Positions 27,677 through 42,319 of a stretch of DNA of 64,000 nt are shown piece by piece. The position numbers and the translations under genes are program-made. The notes beneath the pieces were generated by a model. That model was not told the DNA's origin, searched no databases, and saw only the letters and a program-made list of their open reading frames with translations. Each line of letters begins with the position of its first letter. Position 1 is the stretch's first letter. Origin of the DNA: Haliotis rufescens (Eukaryota); assembly GCF_023055435.1 (NCBI RefSeq), contig NW_025963791.1, positions 18,910,001 through 18,974,000 of the forward strand. Reading direction: 5' to 3'.

Positions 27677-28664
27677 CAATAAAATTGATCAAGATTTTCG
27701 GTCTTGTTTTCTTTTACTTTTGAAATATTTTATTTCTTATGTCACATGATATCTGTAAGCCGTTACAGACAAAGTAGGCAATTTTGAAAAAAAACCCAGC
27801 AATATGCTCATAGTCAGGAAACCACTAGAAAAATACATATCTGTAAAAAAAGAAGGCTTCGATTCCATCGAACAAATAATGTTTACCCATGGGAGGCCCG
27901 ACTTAGTTTTAATTTGAAAACAATATCTAGTTTTGCAGTTGTAGCTGTAGTCCTGCGCCATGACTGTGGAATTTATTTAAAAAATCACTAAAAGCCTAGG
28001 CAAGTCTAGATCAAACTAACCAAGTCTAGTTTGCTTAGAAGAGGAAAGGTTCTTTCGAAGAATTTTTTAAAAGGCATGAATTCATTGACTAAGTGTTAGT
28101 CTGCTGTAGCTGAAACACTATCCAGTCTCCATGCAAAATACCAGTCCTTATGGCAGGGGGTCGTAGTTCAAATGTCTGTCAGCTCATTAAATGAGCGAAT
28201 GAGTTTATCTTGACCTCTAACATCCCTTTACAGACTCTCCCCCTTGGCCGCAATTGAGTCTGGCAAATTGAGAGTTAGTTATCGGGAGCTGATGACATAG
28301 ACTGTAGAAGACAGAGGCGAGACACGGGCACACAGCAATCTGGTCACAAGTCACCTCAGACGCTTGCTAACAACCGCTCAGTGGAATGTTACTGGTCATG
28401 CATACGGAAGCGTGTCGATTAGCTTCTCACGGTTCATATACAAATAAGTACATATCTATTACTAATCACTCCAACAGCTACGGCATGTAAACTAAGATGT
28501 ACATATTGGTTAAACACTTCCGATGGTCACTTCCGGTGGTCACTTCCGGAAGCCGTTCTAATCTTACTACTCAACTTAGAGATCGCTGTCTGGTTCTAGT
28601 TCGGGTCTTAACTTACCGACACAAGATATATAAGTGACTGACGGTCGAGTGTTAATACATTCGT

Positions 28665-29342
28665 TTGTTTATTGGCTTGTTTGTTTGTTGTTTAACGCCG
28701 CACCCAGCAATATTCCAGCTATATGACGGCGGTCTGTAAATAATCGAGTCTGGCCCAGACAATCCAGTGATTGACATCATCAGCATCGATCCACGCAATT
28801 GGGATACGATGATATGCATCAACTAAGTCAGCGAGCCTGTCATTCCGCTCCGTTACCCCCCTCTTACGACAATCATATTCGTCTCTTACGACAAGCAGGG
28901 TCCCAGAAGACCTATTCCACCCCGGATCTTCACGGGGTTGTACACTCGGATTATATAAAATTATGATCATAAAAATAAAAGAATTTCGGACGATCAATAT
29001 TGCGGGGTGGGCGATTATGATCCTTGTGGTCGTGACACTGATGGTCATGGTGATTGGGAAGAGATAGGTAATGGTAATGTTGTTTACATTGTTTGTTTGT
29101 TGTTTAACGCTGCGCTCAGTAATATTCCAGCTATATGACGGCGGTCTCTAAATGATCGAGTCTGGACCAGACAATCCAGTGATTGACATAATGACCTTCC
29201 ATCCACGCAATTGAGATACGATGACATGCATCAACCAAGTCAGCCAGCCTGACCATCCGATCCTGTTAGTCGCCTCTTACGACAAGCATAGTCGCCTTTA
29301 ACGGCAAGCATGGGTAGCTGAAGACCTATTCTACCCCGGAAT
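28665..29342 (-). mobile_element. Two neighbouring SINE-like family B copies (28665-28937, 29090-29342)
   Basis: Both match family B. Confidence 0.8.
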
Positions 29343-30536
29343 CGTCACCGGCCGTTTGTATCGGGATGTCGGATGTGGTGATGGTGATGATGATAATGAT
29401 TATGGGTTTATATGACGGCGATGATCATGAATGTGGATGAATACAAGGATTGTTGACATGTTAGTATGAAAGAGGATTTTTATGAATAATTCTGCTTTGC
29501 TGAGAAACCGACCTTCTGAAGTCTACGTTCTGGTTAATTTACACGAAGCAAAATTTGCCAGCCGGTCCCATTATCGCGATGTTCTCTGAAAACAGTGCGT
29601 GCGTTCTTCATAACTGTTCATGAGCGCACTACTGAATAAACATTAAGATTGCTAAAAACTACTTGACACGTTACTCATTCGCCTTTAAACGTGTTTTCCT
29701 AAGGCCTATTACCAGAAGATGACAGGTAAATAAAAAAACAAACTTTCCAAGTTTTCTCTCTGCATGGCAATTCATTTACCCCAAATTCCGAAAATTTTAC
29801 TTTTGTGAGTATAACACGTTAAGAGGTGTTCAGTTTAAAATCTCATGTTGCCTTAATAGCAGAGGTCTTCAAGCCGTGAAAGTACATTCCGTGATGCGGG
29901 CACGTGTCTGCAGAGAGTCTTTCACCACCACACTTCACACTCTACTCTAAAGCAACGAACCAGAATTAAAACGTAATCGTTACCTAGAAACTATTTTCCT
30001 ATCTTCCCAAATTAAAGGAGGTAAATTTTCTAATCTGGAGAGGACGCGTGACTGCTTTCATGTTAACCTATCCGAACTTCATAAATTAAATTTTAAATTT
30101 TAAATTTTAAATTAAAATGTGTTTTCTTGATTTTCAAGGTGCATTTGCCTCTTTCACGATAATATTTCCACGTTCAATTAAAGTTAAAGAGAGATCTAAT
30201 TATAGCATATTTAATCAAGCGATGTTTCACCAACAATTTCTGCGTCACACATACCAGTATTAACACGGCCGACATGCGCAGTAGCACTGGCCTTGGGACC
30301 AGCGTACACCAAGAAGCTCACTCAGGTATGACACAGCGTTCGAATGTTCAAATACCCCCCGTCCTTATTCTGCTTTCAAATTGGTCAGGGTGACATCTAA
30401 CCACGGTAACGTTGTATACAATACAAAGCTATGTCGCAATAAGTTGTATAGTAGTCAACTGCATCATCACTCGTATATTAAACTGTAGTAGGTGTCAGTA
30501 GGTGCTGTTGTTTTCCTGTTCATGGTGGGTGGATGG

Positions 30537-31041
30537 GTGAGTTGGGTTTAACGCCGCTTTTAACATTATTCCAGTTATATCACGGCGTGTCAGCTTAATG
30601 TGGGAGGAAAGCCCGAAGTGATGCAGGTCTCAGACGTTTACCACTTCGGTGAAACCCACGAGCACGGGTATGGTGCTGACAAACCTAGAAACATAATCGG
30701 GGCGAACCGAACCGAACAATCATAGGTTTCTGGCGTGCCCAAGGGACGCAACTCTGCACAGCGAATCGCGGCGCCTTAGACGACTAGGCCACCTGTGCCC
30801 CCTATTCCAGTTATGTCGCAGCGTGTTAGCTTAATGTGAGGAGGAAAGCCCGAAGTGATGCAGGTCACATTTACCACTTCGGTGAAACCCACGAGCACGG
30901 GTATGGTGCTGACAAACCTAGAAACATAATTGAGGCGAACCGGGTTTCGAACCCACAATCATAGATTTCTGGCGTGCCTAAGGGACGCAACTCTGCACTG
31001 CGAATCGCGGCGCCTTAGACGACTGAGCCACCCGTGTCCCC
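30537..31041 (-). mobile_element. Head-to-tail dimer of SINE family D
   Basis: Copy 30537-30803 directly followed by copy 30804-31041, which lacks the tail. Confidence 0.85.
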
Positions 31042-33699
31042 TGTTCATAATAAGTAGAAGTTTTATAAGATATGAGCTCAAAATAAATGACATTCACCAA
31101 TGCATATGGATACAGTATCTAGTATGATAGCCCACGCATTATTTACACATTCAAACTGACATCAGATAGCCTTGTGGTTAAAGCGTTCGTTTCCCTGCTT
31201 TGGTACATCGAAACCCATTCTTTGCTCTTTTGCAGAACTGAATGTCAAAGAGTTTAGGATATAAAGATATCTCATGGATGTGTTGTTGTGTACTGAAACG
31301 TTGCCATGGTGATATAGAGGACAGTGGGGAACACGTGGCTGGATGCATCGCGATACAAAGTGATACATGTATATTTAATAAGGACATGCCATACACTACG
31401 ACTACGTCTGATACTGTTTATGCAGAATCGTTATGAAACTATACATACTCGGTTTCATTCGTGACCTTCCCGATCTTCTTGCAGGTTACGGAAATAGGCG
31501 AGTGGTGACGAATGCCCCAGCACGACGAGAGAGTTGAGTGGACATTACTATCTGGCTGCGGTAGCTTAACCGCCTGTGCACACAACGGGTCACACCTACA
31601 CCCCTAGTTAACCACAAACATTCACATCAGCGGTCGCATTGTTCACTTATTGTTATGTCTACTTCACATACTGAGACACGGGTGGAACTACTTTTGCTTT
31701 TGATGTCAAGGATAACGAGGATAAATATGTTTAGATTCGAGGATAACTAAATTATTTGGGTCAAAGTTTCTTGACGGTACCATGTGAAAACGCATTTTAA
31801 AAACTAATTTACAATATTTTTGTTAAAAGTTAATTTAACATAAGTTATGAAAGACCTACATATAGCTAGACTATTAAAGTGTTCGGCGTTCAACAACAAA
31901 CAAAGACACAATTGAGCATTACGATTTGCTACGAACGGCTTTGGGCTCACGCAGTATTTCTTACAATCGAATTTTATCTGAATTGCAACTACTTACTGTA
32001 AGGCATAAAACATATCTTATAGAACCTTGACATAGACATACAAACATCCACATGATATAACACCGAAGAAAAAAATAGGTTGGTAAAAGGTTCAAGTTTT
32101 ATTCTATCCATTGCTTATTGTTATTCAGCCATTTTCACCTTTCATTTTTTATGGATATTGGTTCCAGGTTTTGGTGTTCCCGCTGCACCCAACAAAAGAG
32201 CAGCCATCTGGTCTTTACACTATAACATCCAACATGGAGGTTGGGGGAGTGTGACGGTAGCAGGCGGGGGCACTACGCTCTTACGCCATAAGGTATGGCA
32301 TTTCCCTATATCCCCATACAGTATTACATGTACCTTTATCCTCATGGCACCATACAGGTATGAATAATACATTACTTACAACTCCGGCTATAACAAAACA
32401 CTGGCTATACCGAACACACCTGTAATCCCCGAGCAGTGGTGCAAACTGTTCAGTTCGATGAATGAAAAGGAACCGGTCTGATTTATTTGGGTAGAGTTCG
32501 TAATATTAGGGGTGTTGTGAATACAGGTATACACGCGTCTGTACTTGGCCTTATGGCGTCCTTAAGCTCACGTATTCGTGTAATTAAGAAGAAAGCTTTT
32601 CTAAACTGATTTTCTATTTTCATGTATAATAACTGCGATTGTCCATGAAAAGGATAACAACAATTCGTAGCCAGCTCTAATATTTCTCATGAAAAATATC
32701 CTCGCTGAATTGAAGTCGGTGTAATCCCATACTGCAACATATGGCTGCTGCAGTTGAGTCGAGACACCGTAAGCGCAATGGCTTCTCTCCTTTGATCCGG
32801 AGCCTCGCAAGTACAGAGGAGCATTGGCTTATGTCGGTGTTCTCGTTGACATTGCACCGTCACAGTGTGCCTGAATACCTCTCGTCATGTCTGTATGTAT
32901 AGCACAACTAGAATAACACACTGGCATAAAGCGTCGACCAATCTAGTGTGGAGACCCGCCCCGAGTTAACATCAAATGAAATAGTAGTCACTTATGTGCT
33001 CTCTTGGCTTAAGCTTCTGTTAAATGTCGTGGGAACGACTCCACTATATCAATGTTTACACGTGCATCGCATGTAGAGATATATCAAGGTAGATCGGATT
33101 GTTCTATGAACACACACACCAGGAAGTTCTACCGCTGGAGCAAGAACAGGAAAAGGCTTGATATTGTATTCATGCACAGAATCAAAGAGCTCTTCTCTTA
33201 TCCCCCTACAAGAACACGCCACAGACAGACCCGTAGGCATGTATCGGAAGTGCTCTACTCTCTTCCTGCAGGTTTTCCTTTAATTACTGAGAGTCGCTGC
33301 ACAGACCGCGGTATACCGGCATAGAGCATTTCACATGTATTTAATGTGTTCTGTTTGACAGTAAAATCCTCCTTGAGAAAACCTGTATCTACTCAAGATG
33401 CAATGCCGTCTGTGGCGGGTCAACCAAACCGATGTGTATGACAGAATAGGGCGCTATGCTACATTGTAAGGTGAGACACGATGGTGGGGAGTGAGGTGGG
33501 TTTGAACAACCATGTTACAATATTCTAACCATATCTCGAGTCCCGCTTTCCACCGGACTGTAACGTAAAATAACGATACGACGCTGTACCTGATTGTAAC
33601 CACACTGACTGAATATTGTCACACGACGCTGTTGGTGGATATCACCACACGACACTGTAACTTCAACTTAATAGCACCCGATTGTGTAACTGTACCTGA

Positions 33700-34275
33700 T
33701 TATTACATCTGCAACTGAAGAATAGCACACGATCCCAAAACTGTAACTGAATAGCACACGATTCTAAAACTGTAACTGAATAGCACACGATTCTAAAATG
33801 TAACTGAATAGCACACGATTCTAAAACTGTAACTGAATAGCACACGATTCTAAAACTGTAACTGAATAGCACACGATTCTAAAACTGTAACTGAATAGCA
33901 CACGATTCTAAAACTGTAACTGAATAGCACACGATTCTAAAACTGTAACTGAATAGCACACGATTCTAAAACTGCAACTGAATAGCACACGATTCTAAAA
34001 CTGTAACTGGACAGCACACGATTCTGAAACTGTGACTGAATAGCACACGATTCTAAAACTGTAACTGAATAGCACACGATTCTAAAACTGTAACTGAATA
34101 GCACACGATTCTGAAACTGTAACTGAATAGCACACGATTCTAAAACTGTAACTGAATAGCACACGATCCTAAAACTGTAACTGAATAGCACACGATTCTA
34201 AAACTGTAACTGAATAGCACACGATTCTAAAACTGTAACTGAATAGCACACGATTCTGAAACCGTAACTGAATAT
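33700..34275. repeat. 29-bp minisatellite, ~19 copies
   Basis: Unit aaaactgtaactgaatagcacacgattct. Confidence 0.97.
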
Positions 34276-35379
34276 TACAACTGAAACTGATATCGTGATA
34301 CTGTAACTGAACATTGTCAGTTACTTCAACCTGACCATTCCGCTGATGTTGTAGGGACAGCGCGACAGCACTACACAAGAGCATATCTGTACATGGTGCT
34401 GTGTAACAACTGACAGCAATATACCCACGTGTGTTCTTGCATAGCGTGTATAAGCTGTGCTGTAAGGGTGCTTGCTACCTTTGTAACATACTCCGTTGTA
34501 AGACCCGTGTGCACTGAACATAATTTATTTGAAAGAATGATCGTGTCTGGTGTTCCGTGACGGACAACAAAACAAGAAACAAAATTAGCAGTAAGGAACC
34601 TGTGCCTGGCAGGACAATTCAAATTTAAATTTATTCAACGCTTCGACCAACAATTACGCCACAGAAACTGGATGTTCAGTTTTACGACAAAACGGCTGAC
34701 ATGTTTATAACGCCAATGTGTACATTAACAAAGAGAAATTACATAGATATAAATAAACGTGCATGTGGGCATACCACAGTGAGCTGGTATTCATTTAGAC
34801 AGTGGTGGTTCCTGGATATATTAAATGTATTGGTGATCACTGGTCGAGAATTAAGAGTGTCGCAGGGTGTAAAATATGAAACTTGGGATAAATCAGAGAC
34901 ACCGGAACGTGTACTTCTATGAATAACGCTGTTCTGATCAATAAAACCCGAAATGATGATGCAGGTCTTAGACGTTTACCACTTGGGTGAGATCCATGGG
35001 TATGGTGCTGACAAAGAAACATAATCCAACCGCGATTCGAACCCATGATCTGATCAAATAAAGTTGACTGTATAACATTGTTTGGTTTCAAAAAGACTTG
35101 AGACCCCATAGGGATCTGGGAGCAGTGCGGCACCTCAGCACGTATATTCGAGTCTCCGTTGGGTACCGGATGAGAGGTCCCCGGTACTTCACGTTTATCA
35201 AAAGAGCCCACTAAGGTGGTAATTGGTAGTCAGGATGATAGTTTGTCATTGTACCGAGACGCCAAGGATCGTCGTAATCAACCACGTGTGTCGAGGCCCG
35301 TGAAGATGCGGGGTAGAATAGCTGCAGACTTGTTTCATTAATAACGACACAACAGCCGTGGTAACAGCTCATCGACGCG

Positions 35380-36065
35380 TACCATGGGGAAATAGTTTCG
35401 TTGTATACCATGGGGAAATAGTTTCGTTGCGTACCATGGGGAAACAGTTTCGTTGTATATCATGGGGAAACAGTTTCGTTGCGTACCATGGGGAAACAGT
35501 TTCGTTGTATACCATGGGGAAACAGTTTCGTTGTATACCATGGGGAAATAGTTTCGTTGTATACCATGGGGAAACAGTTTCGTTGTGTACCATGGGGAAA
35601 CAGTTTTGTAGTGTACCATGGGAAACAATCTAAGTGTGGACCACGGGGAAACAGTCTTGTTGTGTACAATAGCTAAATAGTTTCGTTGTATACCATGGGG
35701 AAACAATTTCGTTGTGTACCATGGGGAAACAGTTTCGTTGTATACCATGGGAAAACAGTTTCGTTGTGTACCGTGGGGAAAGTTTCGTTGTGTAGCATGG
35801 GGAAACAGTTTCGTTGTGTACCATGGGGAAATAGTTTCGTTGTGTACCATGGGGAAATAGTTTTGTAGTGTACCATGGGAAACAATCTAAGTGTGGACCA
35901 CGGGGAAACAGTCTCGTTGTGTACCATAGCTAAATAGTTTCGTTGTTTACCATGGGGAAACGGTTTCGTTGTGTACCATGGGGAAATAGTTTCGTTGTGT
36001 ACAACGAGGAAACAGTTTCGTTGTGTACAACGAGGAAACAGTTTCGTTGTGGACAATGGGGAAAT
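35380..36065. repeat. 26-bp minisatellite, ~26 copies
   Basis: Unit taccatggggaaacagtttcgttgtg. Confidence 0.97.
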
Positions 36066-37339
36066 AGTCAGATCTTGACATGGCAACAGAAGCAGGGAAA
36101 CTGTGTAGAACCCAACTCTAATACCTTGCAGTTGGACATCCATTATCGGTTTTCACTTTAAAACTCCACATACATTAACAATACGGGCTATACGACCTTG
36201 AAACTTGGTCAACCCAACACTGTTTTCCCCTCCAAGGTGGGACATGGTGTGCGCTTTTCAAGCAGGATGCTATAGTTAAATAAGTTTTACATTTGACGCT
36301 GTAAACCGTACACAAATTTCGTAAACTACCATTACAAAAGCTTGCAAATGTTTGCCCATTCTTAGTGGGTCAACGGCTAATGTTGACACACCCGTACCCA
36401 GGCTAACCCAATTCGTTCCAGCTATTCAGCAAAAGCCCATCTGTTGTCGATATCACAGATACCAGGCAGAATGTCGTAACATATATGTCAATTACTTCAA
36501 AATACATTGGGTCTAATGACCGTGGCCCGTAGTCCTGAGCAGAGAGGCCCCAGGCTAATATAGATTAACAACATTCAACACATACGTTTGGACCAGTTTG
36601 CAATATATATATCTGTGGTATGGTGATGTCGTTATAGGGATATCTGTCGAGGCTGATATGGGTCAAAAGTCCACGTTTATTGATAGCTCGTGTGTAAATG
36701 AACCCCGTGTTATAAACGAGGTGTTGCACATATGTTGTATAAATGGTTTAACTTCCTAGATGCCTGGTCGTAATACATTTCATATGACAGGTGAAGTTTG
36801 ACATGTGTCATAAGCTACGTCTAATCAACGAGCAAAACAGAAGTTCATTATTGATTTTCATTTCCTATTATTTCACATACGTTTTATACAAAATGTATTT
36901 TTTCTTTTGGAGAAGAAGAAAAAGACCCAGGATACAAAAAAAGGATGATTGATTTTTCTTTAAACACCCCGCAGTGTTATATACAGTAAATAATCGTCTG
37001 ATTTGGTGATGGCGATTCATATGAAGTAACGGTATTAAATATTGCTAATATTATTTTAATAGTACATATGTACATACTGATTTATAACTTAGATATGAAA
37101 CTAAACCGCTTAATGATCACAGGAGGTAGCAGATGGCTGACATAACAAACCCTTGGGCTACACACAGGCTTGCTTCAGTGTACGTGTAATGACAGCATTT
37201 ACCTCTCAGTGAAAGAAATCGCTAGACCACAACCGCAAAGCCGGGGTCTAAAACGTCACCTGAAGCTACCTAGCTATCTACTTGATAGTTAAAACACCTG
37301 GGTGGTTAAAATGTCCTGCGTTCAAAATAGTCCACTCAC

Positions 37340-37550
37340 CTGTGATGAAAACTGCTTTTCCCCCGCTGTCCACATCTTCTTCCGGGGCCTTCCTCATCAA
37401 TACAAGCGTTAGCGCCACAATCGCAACATAGAAAACAATTGAAGTAATTTCGTTCGTTAACACAACAGATCGCAGGGGCTCAGGTTGAACCATATATACT
37501 AGCAGTCCAAAGGCTGCAGTAATCAGTCCAAGAAGTGTGTGGTTCTCCAT
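37340..37550 (-). CDS. SDR9C-family short-chain dehydrogenase (BDH1/RDH/HSD17B2-like), exon 1: N-terminal hydrophobic anchor and start of the Rossmann motif
   Basis: ATG at 37550 (MENHTLLGLITAAFGLLVYM...), two hydrophobic segments, ends KAVFIT-G|GTGAGT donor (phase 1, 211 nt). Joins in frame to GCDSGFG of the next exon. Confidence 0.88.
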
Positions 37551-37633
37551 TGGGACGCACCGTACAGTATCGCAGCGCTCAACAAAATGTTTGTATACTA
37601 TTGAGAAATGGGTCTTAAGTAAGTGTAGAGTTC

Positions 37634-37641
37634 TATTTATA
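37634..37641 (-). promoter_or_regulatory. Candidate TATA box of the SDR gene
   Basis: TATAAATA on the minus strand about 85 nt upstream of the ATG. Confidence 0.5.
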
Positions 37642-38171
37642 TCCGTTCCCCCAACTCCCGACAACTGTAGAATGTGATCACAGCGTTCATGAATGGGACT
37701 ACAGAGCTGACGCTTGTGTTTAGGTTTAAGACGAGTCCATTAGCTGCGGTGGGGTGAGAAGGTTGTTTACCGTTACTCAACACGGTTGATGGGCCTCGCG
37801 AGGCATTTATTTAGTACTGCAGTAAATACAAGGAATTATCCCTGCATCTGATGTATTGGGAAGGCCTGTTAGTACCTATACGTGCTAGATTATGCCGAGG
37901 GAAGTTTGGTATCCTTATTTGTCTTCGTGGTAAAGGGGGATTGTGCAAGTCTTTGATAAATGATACCGAGCTTGACTGCACATAAAGGCACAACACGGTG
38001 GGGAGCGCTACCAACGTGGACGTAGATACCGGACTAGGCTTCTAATACACTCCCGTCATTGATGCCCCGAAGCCAATAGTAGGAAAGTCAACAACAGAAT
38101 AGAACTCGGACCTAAACGTCCGCACCTGCATTGTCACAACAAGGTGTGGAGCATACGATTGAGCAATGTCT

Positions 38172-38176
<5 letters not shown>

Positions 38177-38222
<46 letters not shown>

Positions 38223-38659
38223 AAAAGAGAGAGCGATAACACATCTAGCAACGTAATCATTATTAATCATTGAGAGAGAGAGAAAGAGGAAGAGAGAGCG
38301 ATAACACATTTAGAAACGTATATTTTATAAGCAGTATTAATCATCAAGAGAGAAAGAGAGCGATAACAATTCTAGAAACGTAAGCAGTATTAATCATCGA
38401 GAGAGAGAGTAAGAGAGAGAAAAGGGGAGAGAGAGCGATAACACACCAAGAAACGTATATTTATAAGTACATGTAGTATTAATCATCGAGAGAGAGAAAG
38501 AGAGCGATAACACATCTAGCAACGTAATCAGTATTAATCATTGAGAGAGAGAGAGAAAGAGGAAGAGAGAGCGATAACACATCTAGAAACGCAAGCAGTA
38601 TTAATCATCAAGAGAGAGAAAGAGCGATAACAAATCTAGAAACGTTATCAGTATTAATC

Positions 38660-38726
<67 letters not shown>
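38177..38726. repeat. Compound (GA)n / ~55-65-bp tandem array upstream of the SDR gene
   Basis: gagcgataacacatctag.aacgtaa.cagtattaatcat units separated by GA runs. Confidence 0.9.
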
Positions 38727-38729
<3 letters not shown>

Positions 38730-39287
38730 TGGTACTGGTTTCTGATATGCACGATGTATGTAGGAGATGTGCTACAGGCCGCATATTTTAACTGCTAATG
38801 TGCAGTAACACCCCAGGGGTAATGGAGAAACGACGACGCTCATCCGTATCCGTGGACAATACAGGCTTATGCGAAAACATTGTGTTTTAAGAAAAAATCT
38901 GGTTTATGTGTGTGCCACAGAAGACACCCATTGCATAAATCACAGATAAAAGAGCATGAAATAACGGGGACTTCCAGGCACCATGCCCATGAGACACTGC
39001 ATAATAAAATAGTAATAAAACACTGATTAAAACACATTAGACGACTACTTACATATCCGTCATGTGCTGTGTACTGCATATACATACACGTGTTTCAGAT
39101 TGCTACCACAGCTTGAAGCACTCGATTTTGTAAAACATTAACTTTAAACATTTCCCCGCATGGATCTGTGATTTTTATTTCACAAGTCATATCAACATGT
39201 GCTTCTCATCCATGTGGGTATGCTCTTTACAATTCCAAAATTTGTGACGATCTGCATTTTTATATTGGCTGCCCGTCTGAAACCAAC

Positions 39288-39631
39288 GACCGCCTCCGTG
39301 GTCTAGTGGTAGAGCGTCCGCCCGGAGAGCGGAAGGTCCGGGATTCGATCCTCGTCCGCGTCATACCAAAAGACGTTAAAATATGGTACTTGTTGTTACC
39401 CCGTCTGACGCTCGGCATTAAGGGGATAAAACAAGGAATGGTCGGCTCGGAGTCAGTATTCTGTGTCTGAGTGGGGTATTCATGCTAAACTGCGGCATGG
39501 TATCTCAGTGTGCTAGCCCTATAAATCGGCATCAGTCCGGACTAGTACAAGCAGCCACACACACACACGGGCATGCACGTCGCTATATAAGTGCAATATC
39601 TTGGACGCGACGTTAAACCCCATTTCACCAC
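39288..39631 (+). mobile_element. SINE family C, full length
   Basis: tRNA-like head, Meta-like core, GACGCGACGTTAAACCCC tail. Confidence 0.85.
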
Positions 39632-40736
39632 CACTGCAACCGACTCATCATCCTGCTCGTCAACATACAAGGTAACAATCCGCCTAGAGAAAGACATTCA
39701 CAAAGAAAGTAAATAAACTGACTGAAGCAAGATTATATACAACCTACTGAGCACCGTCCCTTATTTGATCTAGCTATAGTTTATTAGTCAAGTGCACTGC
39801 TGTGTTTTGAGACACGAAATTAAAGCTGACTGGGATTTTCTGTCCGATGCGACAGCGAGGATGCGACAGCGAGGACAAGACCAGTTAACCGGAGGTGTAT
39901 TCAGAGGTGCAGTTCCAACAGTAGCTCCACTTCCATATAAGCGGACACTAGACACACACACACTGCCATGTACATATTAGTACATTATAATAGTCCGGGA
40001 TGTCAACTAGCATCATCATGTGTCAGACCACAGCCGTGTACATTATGATATATAGTTCATATACACCGTATATATCATGTAGATCTTTTGATGTTCGTGA
40101 TATCGACATATTCTATCATGGTATTAATTTATGTTCCCATAAGATGTGTATTTCGCCAGTTACCTTCACTACGGACCACGATACACAAGATTTAGTGACA
40201 TCCTGGAGAAGCTTGAAAGTTAGCGTGATTGACATGCCGCTTCGATTAGTTTCAGCGCACTTTATATTATGCTGTCTTTGACCAACAGAAGTTAACGACG
40301 TTTCAGTGGTGGTGACGGCACAGGCAGTAACCCCGAAACGCCGTTACAAACAATAAAGGCGTTATTAACCATAGAAGAATCATGCCTTTATATTTTCGAT
40401 CTTTTCCTCATTTCAAGATTTTAGAACAAATTTCATTTCAAAATATATAGAGGATATTTTTGTCTGATATAATAACATGAATATCTAACCAAAAATCTGT
40501 ATTTCTCATTTTTCAGATCACGAGAAAACAAAACCATAATACAAACATGTCATTTCACTGGAGTGAAATGTTGATACCATGGGGTTGATCGATATTTTCT
40601 GAACCTCACATAGAAGGAATCGCGTCATAGTGAAAATCGACATTACATGATGTCATAGGGGCATATCAACAAAATCGTTAGTCATTTCAGTAAATTGTTC
40701 GCTGCGACAGTAAAATAAGCAAGAATCTGTGGAAAA

Positions 40737-40790
40737 TGGACAAACTTGAAAAACGAGCAGTGATCAAGTACTTGCAGAAAAAGGCATAAC
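40737..40790 (+). mobile_element. Mariner-type transposase N-terminal relic
   Basis: Translates MDKLEKRAVIKYLQKK, similar to the mariner N-terminal RAVIKxL motif; very short. Confidence 0.45.
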
Positions 40791-40823
40791 ACCAACCTGC
40801 TCATGTCACTGCATTATCCCTAG

Positions 40824-40990
40824 TGAGTGAGTGAGTGAGTATGGTTTTACGCCGCTTTTAGCAATATTCCAGCAATATCACGGCGGGGGACACCAGAAAT
40901 GGTCTTCACACATTATACCCATGTGGGGACTCGAACCCGGGCCTTCGGTGTGACGAGCGAACGCTTGAACCACTATGCTACCCCACCGCC
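40824..40990 (-). mobile_element. SINE family A
   Basis: Matches family A; flanked by cattatc on both sides. Confidence 0.88.
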
Positions 40991-41998
40991 TCACATTATC
41001 AAGGAGAACTGAAACACAAAGAGAAAACACTTTGTCGAAAACATGGTGTTACTGTATACCGTGAAGGTGATTCAAATCCGATAACGCCTGTTTCCAAATA
41101 TGAGAATGAACATCACCGTCCAGCCGCAATAACCTCATCTGAACGGATGTGTTCAACCCGAGGGTGAGAAGGGTACTTGTTCTCGCACAACAGATTTCAT
41201 TAAACGATTTCCACGTTTACTCCACAAGGATATCTCCCGGTTGGTCGGGAGACTCTCCTTAACGTGATACTAGACACTGAAGCAGGCGCTACTGGCCAGT
41301 ACCATTATGGAGCCCAATGCTGCTAGGGGGCTGGCTACACGTACGGGGGAATCACATCGGTCAGCCAATACGGAGACCCGCCAGCCTTCTCCGTCAAGTT
41401 AACGATGTAATATTGAACGAAGTATGTGCTTCACGTTTGGGATAATGAAAAAAGCACTGGTTGAAAATTCAAATAAGAATCACATGATTTTTTTCATGAC
41501 CCTTCCTCCGTGGTTGGATTGTACCCAACGGGTTGTATCTAGAAACCTACATCAATCAACCGACATTAATACATTACACGATAACAACAATTATATATTG
41601 ATACATTCACCAATGGCGAGCAAAACAGAGTAGCAGTCAGGCTTTTTTCCTGTAAACATTAATTGTCTGGGGGGTTTTAACGCTTTTTTTCAAAATGGAT
41701 AATCATATTGAGTGCTTTTGTCCTTTTCTTGTCTATATAGCACCTCACGCTGTGATCTCGCGTTGAGCTGCTTGCATAGGCGATATGTTGGTTTGTTTAC
41801 CGCAAAGTATCCTTCTCGATAAATGCCTACCCACAACTAAAGTTGGGCACTTATGTTTTTAGTGATGTTTACCCTTTTTGATAAGCACTTGACGTTTAAC
41901 ACATTTTTATGTGTTTATAATGTTAAATATCAAAAGCATATTTTTGAGCATTTTTTGGACTTAACTGCTTTGAGCCAAGTTACAGAGTAATAGAACTG

Positions 41999-42097
41999 AC
42001 ATCTTCCCGGGGCAAGGGAGTTAACAGACTATAAAAGTCCTGTTTCCACACTGGACTGTTACAGTCAGTTATAACTCCCTTGTCTCGGGAAGATGTA
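41999..42097. mobile_element. Palindromic mini-MITE
   Basis: acatcttcccggggcaagggagtta ... taactcccttgtctcgggaagatgt inverted arms. Confidence 0.65.
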
Positions 42098-42319
42098 GAA
42101 CATGGATGAAAAGAATCCAACATTCGTTTGTGTTCAGTCCAATGGGGTCAGGCTCTAGAATCTAAGTTTACTGAGTTTCATCTTAGTTGCTTTGGGTCGT
42201 TGTCCGCATCTGTAAATCTCGTGGGTTTTGAAAAACAGAATATTTCGTGGGAATTGATCAATGGCATTATTTCGACAGACGTACAAAGGGCCGGGCTCCT
42301 TGTCTCCGCTCTGAGACTT

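Noticed and set aside
33663-36161. Regular repeats resembling CRISPR arrays, with many overlapping ORFs
   Set aside because: Head-to-tail 29- and 26-bp units without unique spacers, no cas genes, eukaryotic context.
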